From contig OZ024741.1 of assembly GCA_964016885.1 (NCBI GenBank), forward strand, positions 355,446,001-355,510,000: DNA of 64,000 nt. Reading direction: 5' to 3'. Both the position numbers and the translations under genes were made by a program. Below, piece by piece: positions 1 to 12,662 of the stretch; position 1 is the stretch's first letter, and each line of letters starts with the position of its first letter. The DNA is from Eledone cirrhosa (Eukaryota). Under the pieces are notes generated by a model. The model worked only from the letters and a program-made list of their open reading frames with translations, searched no databases and was not told the DNA's origin.

Positions 1-1166
1 GAGCTTCAATGATCTGAGGTCTGTTCTCACCACCTCCGCCCATGTTTTTCGTGGTCTATCTCTACCACGTCTTCCTTCAACTGGCATTTCCTGGCACTTC
101 TTCACCCATCGGTCATCCTCCATGCGCATCACATGTCCATACCACCTCAGTCTCCTCTCCCGTACACTACATTCTATCCCTCTCAGACACAGTTTCTCTC
201 TCAACACATTTATGCTGGGTTGTTCACGCACATTTACACTGCACATCCAACGGAGCATGCTTGCTTCATTTCTCTCCAGCCGTCGCATATCCTCTGCAGT
301 TGCTGCCCATGTCTCACTACCATGCAGCATCGCGCTCCTCACACAGGCATCATACAACCGGCCTTTCGTATGCAGGGAGAAACCCTTCTTCGTCAACAGA
401 GGAAGCAGCTCCCTAAACTTCTTCCAACCCGTCCTTATTCTAGATACTATGGCCTCGGAACACCCTCCTCCCATGCTAATCTGATCTCCTAGGTACCGGA
501 AGCTATCCACTACTTCTATAGCGCCCTCTTGCATCTGAAAAATGTGTCTATCAGTGCGACTTCTATTGTCTAATTTCCCTGTACATCTACTGCATACATA
601 TTTCTCCCTACCTGTTAGTTTGCCTGCTATCCCGCTACATCTCTTGTGTACCCAGGATCTGCATTGTGTGCATTTTATAGAAATTATGCCAGTTCCTTTT
701 CTACATATCGAACATGGCCATTTCCCTGACGGAATCAGGGTTTTGTCCTCTTTTCTACTCATCAACACTTTTGTCTTAGCTAGATTCACTCTTAGTCCTC
801 TTGCTTCCAACTGCTGTTTCCATAGCCAGAATTTATTCTCTAGCTCCTCTACTGATTCTGCTATAAGAACCAGATCGTCAGCATAGAGAAGTTCCTATGG
901 ACAGCCAGTCTTAAACTCCTCTGTTATGGCTTGGAGGACTATAATGAACAAGAGCGGGCTGAGGACCTAGCCCTGATGTACTCCTACTTGTATCTGGAAT
1001 TCCTCACTAAACTCCATTCCTACCCCGACTTTACTGAGAGTACCTCTGTACAAAGTTTGCACTGTCCTCACAAGCCATTCTTCAACACCTAGCTTCCTTA
1101 GGGACCACCAGATGACAGATCGGGGTACCCTATCAAAGGCCTTCTCTAGGTCAACAAAGGCTAAGT
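1..1166 (-). mobile_element. 5'-truncated RTE LINE (subfamily ending ...TLASREKRT), runs off window
   Basis: Reverse complement of the RT/PHD/C-terminal region at 49841-51038. Confidence 0.9.
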
Positions 1167-1302
1167 GTGTTTCATTAAAAATATGGTAACAAAAGGGTTA
1201 ACTGTTTTGATATCAAACTGTCTGAAACCATGCCTGGTTCTATGATACAAAACAGTTTATTTTATGTAAGAACTTTTATGTTCCAAACACCAGATTAATA
1301 AT

Positions 1303-1489
1303 TGTTTCTACTTTTGGCACAAGGCCAGCAATTACCCAGTACATTACTGGTACTTCATTTTATTGACCCCGTAAGGATGAAAGGCAAAGTTGACCTCGGC
1401 GGGATTTGAACTCAGAATGGAAAGGGCCGTAACTCTATGCGTCAAAGCATGGTGTCTGACCCTCTACCCATACTGCCAATCCACCGCCC
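1303..1489 (-). mobile_element. tRNA-derived ~190 bp SINE (family 2)
   Basis: B box gagttcaaatccc; ATTAATAAT TSD at 1294-1302 and 1490-1498; other copies ~1838, 4256, 9200, 13213, 15226, 33079, 62270, 63050. Confidence 0.85.
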
Positions 1490-2776
1490 ATTAATAATGA
1501 GAAAATTCATTATAGTATTAAATCCTTCCAAATACTGGATAATTTTCAAAATCACTGGTAGTGTCTTTCATTAGAAATATAGTAACAAAAGGGTTAATTG
1601 TATTACAGATTTTATTTACTCTTTTACTAGTTTCAGTTATTGGACTATAGCTATGCTGTGGCATCATCTTCTTGTGTGTTAGTATTCTCTTCACTCTGGT
1701 ACTTATTTTATCGATCTCTGTCAGACTGTTAAGTTACACATAAAGGAACCCAACATAAACAACACTAGTTTTTAGTCCTGTATATATACATAAACACACA
1801 TGTACATACATAGATGTGTAATGTTTGTATGATTGAATAATTGTTTCTACCTTAGGCACAAGGCCAGCAATTTGAAAGGGAAGGGAAAGTTGATTAAATC
1901 GACCCCAGTGCATTATTGGTGCTTTATTTATCAACCCCGTAAGGATGAATGTGCATGAGTAATGAAACATGAGTTTAGGGAAAAACTGTACCTGAGAGAA
2001 ATAAATAGGAGCCACATGATGAGTATGAATTCTGTCAGGCTCTTCGGTATAGCCAGGAAAATGGCCTTAAAACACTTGGTGTTACTAAATTTATAATGAA
2101 AGATACTGCCTATAATTTTCAAATAATGTTGAAAACAACCAAGAATTTGAAGAAATTTAGTAAAATAACTAACTTCTCCCTTATTAAGTTGGTGTTTGGA
2201 ACATTACTTAACAAAGATTATAAAATGAAATTATGACAAGGTTTTGTTTTGATAAATACAAATACTTTAAAATAAACAGCCTAGTATCATAGAACCAGGA
2301 GATGGTTTAGGTGGTTTGGTATAGAAAAACAGGTTTAAGTATCAGATACCTGGTCATGGGTTCAAATTTTGCTAACTCCCAAGGTAATTTTATTAACATA
2401 AGATATGACACCTCAGTAGTTTTATTAATTATTTCATTGCAATATTTCTTATAAAAGACTCTGCTTATGGTTTTCAAATAATTTTGAAAATAATAAAGAA
2501 TTTGAAAGGATTTAATAATACACATATTAAGCTGGTGTTTGGAACATAAATTAACAAAAGTTCTTATGTAGAATTACGAGGAAAGGGTTTTAGATAAATA
2601 TAAATACTTTAAAATAGACAGCTCTGTATTGTAGTACCAGGGTTGTTTGAGCCTGTTTGGTATTGAAAGGGTTAATGTAGAATATGAATTACTTGAAGTT
2701 CAGTCATTTCTAAAAAAATTTTGTCTTTACAATTTCATTTTTTAAAGTATTATTTTTCATCTATTTTAATATTCAG

Positions 2777-2945
2777 GTATATATGGTTTCCATGATAATA
2801 GAAAGGAACCTTTCTTGAAAATTACTGTGGCTCTACCTCGCCTCATTGCACCTGCCAAAAGACTTTTGGAACATGGGTTCCAATGTCCTGACTATTCAGT
2901 CCATGGCTTTCAAACTTATGAGAGCAATGTTGACTTTGAGATCAG
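2777..2945 (+). CDS. POLD1: POLD1 internal exon (IYGFHDNRKEPFLKITVALPRLIAPAKRLLE...YESNVDFEIR)
   Basis: attcag acceptor, gtgag donor, 169 nt; translation matches the Pol delta N-terminal region; phase joins next exon (AG+A=R). Confidence 0.95.
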
Positions 2946-2989
2946 GTGAGAAATCATAGATTTGAACCTTGTTATTTTTTATTTACTTT

Positions 2990-3476
2990 CATCATACATC
3001 ATCATTTCATTTTACATCCGCTTTTCCCTGCTTGCAAGGATGGGACGGGGACTGATTCTGGCTTGATTTCTACAGCTGGATGCCCTTCCTAACACCAACC
3101 TCATTTACAGTGAGTGCTGGATGCTTTTTTGCCATGGCACCAACACGTCCACTTTACAGTGTGGGCTGGGTGCTTTTTTTCCGTGGCACCTCCACGACCA
3201 TTTTACAGTGTGGTCTGGGTGCTTTTTTTCCGTGGCACCTCCACGACCACTTTATAGTGTAGGCTGGGTGCTTTTTTGCCGTGGCACCTCCATGACCACT
3301 TTGCAGTGGAATGATAGAGACCCCAGTCCTATCATCTCATTTCTACAGCTGAGTAAACTGGAGCAATGTGAAATAAAGTGGCTTGGTCAAGGAAACAACA
3401 CATCACTCGGTCTGAGAATCGAACTCACAACCTTTCGATTGCAAAGCCAATGCTCTAACCACTAAGCCATGTGCCT
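2990..3476 (-). mobile_element. tRNA-head SINE with RTE-derived 3' tail and internal ~49-bp repeats
   Basis: A box tggcttagtggt, B box gagttcgattctc; 3' end gcaagcagggaaaagcggatgtaaaatga shared with RTE; related copies 36081-36381(+), 60420-60697(-). Confidence 0.8.
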
Positions 3477-3915
3477 ATATTTATTTTTTCTTATTTGTAC
3501 TGTAGGCCCACGTCTTACTCAGCATTAATCTTTTTGATATCAACTCACTTGAAACTGGCCCTAGTTCTACAATACAATTTTACAGAGTTTACTGGGTGCA
3601 TTTTATCATGATGCTAACACTAACACTTTTAGTAAGGTTTCTATAGCTGGATGCATACTATTCTTAATGCTAACCACTATACAGTGGGTACATTTATAAT
3701 AATAATAGTCTTCTACTTCTTCACCCACTTATTTCTGAGAAGGTCGTGGGGGAAGAGTCCTCAAACACTCCCTCCAGCTGGTCCTGTCAGAAGCTACTGT
3801 CTCTAACTGATCCAGCTGGATCTCCAAGCGAGACCAGCCAAGCTCATGGATGTCATCCAACCAATTATAATAATAGTAATAATACTAATACATTAAACAA
3901 ATTTTTTTTTTATAG

Positions 3916-4157
3916 ATTTATGGTTGACAAAGATGTTGTTGGCTGTAATTGGATTGAATTACCCAAAAAGAAATACCATATCCGTCCCAAGGATAGACAA
4001 AGTAAAACTTCTGGAAACGTTTCTATGATATCCCACTGTCAATTAGAGGTGGATATATCTTGGGAGGACTTTGTTTCTTACCCAGCAGAAGGTGAATGGT
4101 CAAAAGTTGCTCCTTTCAGAATCCTCAGCTTTGACATAGAATGTGCTGGAAGGAAAG
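3916..4157 (+). CDS. POLD1: POLD1 exon with ExoI motif ([16 protein letters not shown]...[11 protein letters not shown])
   Basis: tatag acceptor, gtatt donor; DIE ExoI residues; lies inside ORF 3746..4255. Confidence 0.97.
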
Positions 4158-4943
4158 GTATTAAAAATGTATTTTATTGTATTGATTTTATACATGTTTA
4201 TTTTCTTTTACATAAAATGTTCATTATTTACTTTCATTACTTTTTTCCTGACTAGTGCGGTGGATTGGTGGAATTGTTAGCGCGTCAGACAAAATGCTTT
4301 GTAGCATTTAGCTATGGCTCATTATGTTCTGAGTTCAAATTCTGCTGATGTCAGTTTTGCCCTTCATCCTGCTGGGGTTCATAAAATAAAATACTAGTGA
4401 AATTGCTTGGCTTAGTGCTTAGGGGTGTTGGGCTTCATAATGTTGTGAGTTTGTTTCCTTGACCAGGTTATGTGTTGTTCTTGAGCAAAACACTTCATTT
4501 CATATTGCTCCAGTATAATCAACTGAAAATGGGTACCAGCAGTAGCTGGAGGTTTAACTCTGTGATGGACTGGCGTTTTGTTCAGGGAGAGAAAGGTTGT
4601 ACTCTGTTGCCTAATACCAAGGAAATTGGGATAAACACTGGCCTAATGAGCTTCCAGGCTTGGGAGAGATTTAAGGATTTTAGAAAGTACTAAGGCTGAT
4701 TTAATCAACTTTACCCTCCTCCTAAGTTACTGGACTTAAGCCTATGTTACAAACAATTATTTTTTCTTTATTTCCTCTTTTTTTTTTGCCTACTCTGTAG
4801 GTAGGGTGGTGCTCTTGATACTTTTTGGGGGGCTCTTGAGACTAGTAGACAAAAGGAAGGAAGTTATTTGCAAAGAAGAGAACTGGCTGGAATGCTTGCA
4901 ACAGAATGGATCTTCAGCCTCTGTTCTTTATTCTGTTTTGCAG

Positions 4944-5110
4944 GTATATTTCCTGAAGCCGACAAGGACCCTGTCATACAGATAGCCAACATGGTGGTGA
5001 GGCAAGGCAAGTCCGAACCCTTTATACGCAATGTCTACACACTAAAGAAGTGCGCCCCAGTCATCGGGGCTCAAGTTTTGTCTTTTGAATCTGAAAGAGA
5101 GTTACTTAAG
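4944..5110 (+). CDS. POLD1: POLD1 exon (GIFPEADKDPVIQIANMV...ERELLK)
   Basis: ttgcag acceptor, gtaag donor, 167 nt. Confidence 0.97.
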
Positions 5111-5337
5111 GTAAGTTATCTTCATTTAGTATTTTCTTGTCCCTACATGCACAAATGTCTGAATTGCCACTTCTGTTATATGTATAAAGAGATCTGAAAT
5201 ATATTTAACTCTTTCATTACCAAATTTCTAATGAAATACATTGTCTATGTTTTTCAATTAATTTTGAAAAAAAAAAATTTGGAGGAATTCAATAAAGTAA
5301 TTAAGATTTCCATTAGGAAGTTGATTTTTAGAAGATT

Positions 5338-8300
5338 CATCATCATCATCATCACCGTTTTACGTCCGTTCTTCCACGCTAGCATGGGTTAGACGGGTTG
5401 TCCTGTTGTGGGCAGTGTCTGGTCGGCTGACCATGCCTTGCTCATACAGGAACTGATTTGGCTTGATTTCTACAGCTGGATGCCCTTCCTAACACCAACC
5501 TCATTTACAGTGAGTGCTGGGTGCTTTTTCGTGGCGCCTACACGTCCACTTTACAGTGTGGGCTGGGTGCTTTTTTGCCGTGGCACCTCCACGACCACCT
5601 TGCGGTGGGGGGTGTGGGGGCATATTGTCTATATGCTTCAGCTTGTACCCATGGGAGGTCGGGTACTCTGTATTACTGCGTGACGCCAGAAGTCACGGTC
5701 GTGTGTCATTGTCTTTGAGAGGTGTAATTGGGTAAGGTCGGCTTTTATCACCTCATCCCAGGTCATCTTGGGTCTCCCCACTCCGCGGTTTCCATCAACT
5801 TCTAGTGCTCTACACCTTTTTATGCAGCTGTCATCCTTCATACGCATCACATGTCCATACCAGCGCAACCGCCTCTCCTGCACACAGCATTTGATTCCTC
5901 TTATGCTCAGTCTCTCTCTCAATTCATTTATGCTTTGTCGTTCACGTATATTACTGTTACACATCCATCGGAGCATGCAGGCTTCGTTTCTCTCTAATCT
6001 CCGCAAGTCTTCCACCTTCAGCGCCCAGGTCTCACTACCATGCAACATCGCTGTTCGGATACACGCATCATACAATCTGCCTTTCATTCTGAGGGAGAAG
6101 CCTTTTGCAGCTAGCAGTGGCAGTAGTTCCCTAAACTTCTTCCATCCCGTTCTTACCCTAGTTATTGTACTTTCTGAACACCCACCTCCGTTGCTAATTC
6201 GGTCACCTAGGTAGCAGAAGCTGTCTACTGTTTCTACAGGGCCCTCCCAGAGATTGGTGGTACTTGTTTCCTGTTGCTGCTTGCTGTCTCAGCACAGCTG
6301 CTGCATGTGAATCCTACATTCTTAATTAAGCTTCCTGAGATCCCGCTACATCTCTTGTGTACCCATTGTTTGCATTTGGGGCAGAGAATGGAGTTCCTAC
6401 CTACACCTTTCCTACATACTGAGCAAGGCCATTTCCCTGAGGGGATCTGGGTTCTGTTTTCTCGTCTACTTACAAGGACCTTAGTCTTTGTCATGTTGAC
6501 TTTGAGACCCTTTCTTTCTAGTCCCTGCTTCCAGGTTTGGAATTTATTCTCTAGTTCTACCATAGATTCAGCTATGAGTGCGAGGTCATCAGCATACAGG
6601 AGTTCCCATGGGCATCCGGTCTTAAACTCCTCCGTTATTGCCTGCAGGACTATGATGAACAGGAGAGGGCTAAGAACAGAGCCCTGGTGGACCCCAACCT
6701 GTACGCTAAATTCCTCGCTATACTCATTGCTAATCCTAACTTTGCTGACTGCTCCCCTATACATGGCTTGTACCGCTTTCATTCACAAGCCATTCATCTA
6801 CTCCTAGTTTTCTAAGAGCCCACCAGATTACAGCACGTGGAACTCTGTCAAAGGCTTTCTCAAGGTCGACAAATGCCAAGTAGAGTGGCTTACTTTTAGC
6901 TAGGTACTTTTCCTGTAATTGCCTCACAAGGAAGAGGGCATCAGTGGTGCCTCTTCCTGGTACAAACCCAAATTGCATCTCGTCTATTTTCACCCTGTCC
7001 CTAATCAGCTGTGCTATAACTCTTTCTGTTACTTTCATAACCTGGTCCATCAACTTTATACCTCTATAGTTTCCTCTATCTAGTGCATCGCCTTTACCTT
7101 TGTAGCAGTTGACAATGATGCTACTGCACCAATCTTTTGGTATGGCCCCTTCTAGTATTACCTGGTTAACGATACGTGTGGTTATAGTGTGACCTACAGA
7201 CCCAGATGCCTTCAGCATCTCGGCAGCTATACCCGATGGACCGGTTGCCTTCCCCATCTTCATATCTTTGATTGCCTTACTTACTACGCTGCTGCTGACT
7301 TGTACTGCTGGTCCCTCTATAGGGTCTACTTGGGGTAGGGTCTCTTCTTCCCATGCATTCTCCTCATTTAGTAATCTATCATAATGACTCTTCCATGCAT
7401 CTTTCTTCTCAGCACTTGTGAGGGCAAGCTCACCTTTATCATTCCGGACACACGTCTCTCCAATGACATCACAACTATCTCTGACACACTGCCTCGCAAT
7501 CTTGAATACCTCCTGTTTCTGGTCCTCACGTTGTAAAACATGCTTGAATTTTCTATCCTCTGCTTCCCTCCTAGCTAAGTATACTTGTCGCCTAGCTTCC
7601 CTCTTGGTCTCTATGTAATGTACCCTGCTCCCCCCGTTCTTCCATTCTTTCCATGCCTGTCTATTGGCCTTAACTGCTTCATCTACCTTATTGTTCCACC
7701 ACCAAGTCACTCTCCTCCTGCTTGAGGTCTTACTCCAGCCACAGACCTCATCCGTCGCCTCTAGTAAATTATTTTTTAGGAACTCCCAGTTCTCTTCTAC
7801 ATTAAATGTCTCTATCTGTTCTTCTTTACTGTCGTAGGCGTTGAGTAAAATATCTTTAAATCTGTTACTGGTTGAGGGGACTTTCAGCTTCCAGATCTTT
7901 CTTCTCCAGGTTGGCCTCTGTTTCCGGGTTCGTCTAGTTCTGACCGTGAGATCTCTGACAACTAAGCTATGTTGGGATGTACATTCCTCACTAGGGAAGG
8001 CTTTTGTGTTTACGACTGTCCATCTGTCACGTCCTCTGATGAGGATAAAATCTAACTGACTAGAGTGCTCCCCTGATCTATAGGTGATCAGGTGGTTGTC
8101 GGGTTTTTTAAAGTTTGTGTTACATATCGACATGTCATTGGCGTCGCAGAATTCTAGAAGTCTGAATCCTTCCTCATTCCTTGTACCAACCTCATGGCCT
8201 CCATGTACTCTATTGAAGCCGTCACAGTGTTTACCTACGTGTCCGTTAAAATCTCCTGCGATGATTAGGAAGTCCTTGTCGTCTGTTAGAGCAGTAGTGT

Positions 8301-9147
8301 GTATTAGGGACTCGTAAAACCTATCCTTAAGTTCGTCTGGCAGCCCCGATTGGGGTGCGTAAGCTGATATTATTGTGGTGATTGTTTTATTCAGGACTAG
8401 TCTGAGTTTAATGATTCTTGCATTTACCCTGTACACTGAGATTACTTTATCTACCCACTTGTCAGCTAGTAGTATACCTACACCACCCATCCCATCGTCA
8501 TTTCCCACCCAGAAAAATTTGTAGCACCGACTTTTTCCTACGAGGACTCTGGCAGACTCTCCTCTCCATCTAGTCTCTTGCACACAGCATACGTCAATTT
8601 CCTTTCGCTCTAGCATTTCTACGATTTCTTCTGCTCTTCCTTTCATTGAGCCTACATTGATGGTACCAACTCAGAGTTTTGGGCATTTGTCGACACTCGT
8701 AGGGGAGGGTCTCTGGGTTGGCGCTTCACATGGGTGCTTGGTAGCTCGCAGATTCATATTTCATCTATTGATTCAGAGTTGCTCAAATTTATTCTCATAA
8801 CGGTGGGAAAATTGAGGGCTAGAAGAACAGTGGTGGTGGGATAATGGCAGGGTGTGTTGGGCTGCGCCAGAGGAGGAGAGAGTTAGTTAGGTAGTAGTAG
8901 CAGCAGCCGTAGAAATGGCATGCTGAGGTTTGATTGGTCGAATAGGCTATGGTGGTGTGGGAGGGAAATTGTGAGGTATGCACTGAGGGTCGCATGGTAA
9001 ATAACCGAGAGAGATACGATAGAATTAGAATACCGCATGGTAAATATCCGAAGTTAATACAGCAGTAATATTAACAATAATAACGTCATAAAAACTAAGA
9101 TACCTTCGAAGATTTGTATGGATGGGTGGCTGGAACGAAATGAAATC
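5338..9147 (-). mobile_element. Full-length RTE-clade LINE (~3.8 kb): APE endonuclease, RT, PHD-like finger; disrupted
   Basis: ORFs 6757..8646 (QET, GDFNGH, SQH; AFVDLEKAFD), 6234..6782 (HQGSVLSP, YADD), 5638..6087; (ATG)n tail; AAGATT TSD at 5332-5337 and 9148-9153; frameshifts near 6780 and 6240. Confidence 0.93.
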
Positions 9148-10014
9148 AAGATTACTTAACAAAAATCACCTTATGATGGAAGGTTATAATATAAGCATAG
9201 AGTTGCAGCCCTTGTTATTCTGAGTTCAAATCCCGCCGAGGTTAATTTTGCCTTTCATCCTTACGGGGTCGATAAAATAAAGTACCAGTAATGCACTTGG
9301 ATAACTACTGGCCTTGTGCCAATAGTAGAAACAGTTATACTACAGTGCCAATAGTAGTAACAGTATATAAGCATATATACATTTGAAAATACTCAGTTTT
9401 GTATCATAAATCCTGGTTGATTTTGAGGGAGTTTGTTTCAAAAGATCAACACCTTAAACCATGCTGAGGGTAAACAACAGTCTTTATTCAACCCATGCAA
9501 ACATGGAAAAGTATTCACAATGTCCATTTTGGGAATCACTGATGATTGTTACTGATAAGGGAAAAAAAAACAAACTTGTTTGGAAGAGTTAATTTCCTTT
9601 TGATCTCTGATGTCAACTATTTCCTGCAAGTTTTAGCTAGTAGCATTTGAAACATACAGATATATAATATATTTTATGTAATATATAATGGACCTGCATC
9701 ATATGCTTTAAAAAAATGAAAATGAAAACCTATAAAACTATTTCCGTCCTTTTTCCACGTGAAAATGTATTGCCTATTGTGAGGGGGCAAAGCTTTAATC
9801 CCTTTAAAGCATCTTACATTATACTTCCTTCAAAACATTGACATACACAGACGCCTTTATCTATAAGTCTTGGACATAAATGTGAAGGGGAGCCAACTGA
9901 TTTTGAAAGATGTGGGTTTCACTTTATTTTTAGGTGTTTATATGTTTTTAATATATGAAGTGTTTTCGGCTCATCAGTCCAGCTTTAGTTTTCGTTTTTA
10001 TGCTTTCCTTTCAG

Positions 10015-10260
10015 CACTGGTCCAGTTTTGTTCGTTCTGTTGATCCAGATATTGTAACTGGTTATAATATCCAGAACTTTGACTTTCCGTACCTTATTAA
10101 TCGAGCAAAGCATCTTGATGCGTCAAACTTTCCGTTTCTGGGACGGATTCGTAGCCAAAGGTCTGTGATAAGGGAATCAACCATTCAAAGCAAACAGATG
10201 GGGAAGCGAGAGAACAAAATAATTAATATTGAAGGACGAGTGATGTTTGACTTGCTACAG
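10015..10260 (+). CDS. POLD1: POLD1 exon with ExoII motif (DPDIVTGYNIQNFDFPYL)
   Basis: tttcag acceptor, gttgg donor, 246 nt, phase 0-0. Confidence 0.97.
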
Positions 10261-10632
10261 GTTGGTTGTTTAACAATTCTTCTTTTTCACCCACTTATTA
10301 TTGAGAGGCTCATGAGGGCAGAGTCCGCAAACACTCCTCCTTCCAGCAGGACCTGTTAGAAACGACTGTCTCCAACTGATCCAGCTGGATCCCCAAGTGA
10401 GTCCAGTTGAGCTCATGGATGTTATCCAACCATCTTACTCGGGGTCTACTCCTAGGTTTCCTTTCCTGCTAGTTGGTTCATCTTGGAGTCTTTTTTTTTT
10501 TGAGGCAACCAGATATCCTTCCTGCTGCCAACCCTTTTAGTTGCTTGTTATGACATGCAATAATATGGTGTATCTATTCGAAATCGGATTCAGAGTACTA
10601 TATATACATGACAGAGATCCATTCCGTATATA

Positions 10633-11068
10633 TAATAATAATAATAATAATAATGAAAATATTGTGTACAGTGCTCAGGTGCACTACAACTCATCAAAAG
10701 TGTATGTATAGTACATAGGGTAATGTACAAACGTCGGGAAAATGAACAGTGCATGAGTCATGATATACACGTGTGCATATATATGGAAGGGGTACATCAG
10801 GTGTAGTTTTGGTGAATTTCGGGAAGCATGAGGGTTTTAAAGGATGCAGTATCTCGGCAGCTAACAACTGATGCAGGGAATTTGTTCCATGCTTCAGCAA
10901 CTCTAAGTGTGAAAAAATGTTTCCAAAAGTCATGGGAGCTGTGCTGTTTTCTGACTTTGTAGGCATGTCCACGTGTGTTAGACACATGGAGATCAAAAAG
11001 GTGCTCAAGGTTGTTGTTGGCAAGATGGTTAATAACTTTGTGGGTGTTTACCAAGTCCATTGCCATGT
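10633..11068 (-). mobile_element. CR1/L2-group LINE 3' end
   Basis: NTRGHAYKV...KHFFTLRVAEAWNKFPASVV C-terminal signature; (ATT)n tail. Confidence 0.85.
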
Positions 11069-11258
11069 GTAAATATCTATATATATGTATGTATGTAAAT
11101 GATAAACAGAAATAACAACACAAATGGTACAGGATATGGAAGGGACATATTAGTTTAATGCTCGAAATAGCAAGTCTTAACATTTTGGGCGTTAGTTCTT
11201 CATCAGAAGAAAGAATTAGAAATTAGAAAGATTAAGGTGATGGTCAGGCCAGAATCGG

Positions 11259-11302
<44 letters not shown>

Positions 11303-11414
11303 GGCAGGCAATGATGCTGGTTATGAATGTCTGTATACTAAATACAGATGGTAGAGTCTGACATATGTAAAATTTTGTTTAATAATGTTTTTTTCATTTT
11401 GTTTTATATTGTAG

Positions 11415-11711
<297 letters not shown>

Positions 11712-11742
11712 ACAGGTAAATAATGAGTTGTGATGTATATAG

Positions 11743-12465
11743 ATCTCTATATACTCTTTCTTCATCTATCTCTTTATACACCCTCTCTTCATCTATCTCT
11801 TTATACACCCTCTCTTCACCTATTGCTATTCACATTCTATCTCTCTGTATACTCTCTCTTCATCTCCTATTCACGTTCTCTCTGTCCATCTATTTCACTG
11901 TATACTCTCTTTCTTCATCTATCTCTTTATATACTCTCGTCACCTATCTCACTATACTCTCTCTCTTTACCTATTTCTGTTCACTTCCCCTCTCTCCATC
12001 TATCTCTCTGTATACTCTTTCTCTCTCTTCATCTATCTCTTTGTACACTCTCTCTTCAGCTGTCTCACTATACACTCTCTCTTTACCTATCTCTATTCAC
12101 TTTCTCTCTTTCTCCATTTATCTCTGTACACTCTTTCTTCATCTATCTTTTTGTATATTCTCTATACACTTTCTCTTCCCCTATTTCTATTTACTTTCTC
12201 TCTCTGTATACTCCCTCTCTTTTTCTATCTCTTTGTACACTCTCGTCACCTATCTCTCTATACACTCTCTCTTCGCATATTTCTATTCACTTTCTCTCCA
12301 TTTATCTTTCTGTACACTCTTTTCATCTACCTATCCTCAACTCTCTCTCCATCTATCTTTCCTCAACTCTCTCTCCATCTATCTTTCCTCTACTCTCTCT
12401 CCATCTATCTTTCCTCTACTCTCTCTCATACTCTGTATCTCTTTTTTTCTCTATTTTCTCTTCAT
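11743..12465 (+). repeat. CT-rich degenerate tandem repeat (~25-29 bp units)
   Basis: ctctcttcatctatctctttatacacc-like units running up to the acceptor at 12470. Confidence 0.85.
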
Positions 12466-12470
12466 TATAG

Positions 12471-12662
12471 AATGGCACAGAACAGACACGGCGTCGTCTT
12501 GCAATCTACTGCCTCAAAGATGCCATCCTGCCAATACGGTTGTTGGAGAAGCTGATGTGTGTTATAAACTACATGGAAATGGCCAGAGTGACCGGAGTGC
12601 CTTTACCTTATCTTCTTTCTAGGGGTCAGCAAATCAAAGTTATTTCTCAGTTACTTCGAAAG
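12471..12662 (+). CDS. POLD1: POLD1 exon with ExoIII motif ([18 protein letters not shown]...[14 protein letters not shown])
   Basis: ttatag acceptor, gtaac donor, 192 nt. Confidence 0.97.

Noticed and set aside
42-886. Numerous antisense ORFs over RTE copies (MRITCPYH..., MLCRSRILLLHI...)
   Set aside because: Shadow frames opposite LINE ORF2, recurring only because the element is repeated
1992-2109. Possible minus-strand AG..GT exon (SIFHYKFSNTKCFKAIFLAIPKSLTEFILIMWLLFISLR)
   Set aside because: Weak acceptor overlapping a MITE edge, no recognisable domain, no partner exons
3400-3476. tRNA gene
   Set aside because: A and B boxes belong to a SINE head continuous with SINE body; no full cloverleaf evident
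11723-12622. Long hydrophobic Leu/Ser ORFs
   Set aside because: Translation of the CT-rich repeat; only 12471-12662 is coding
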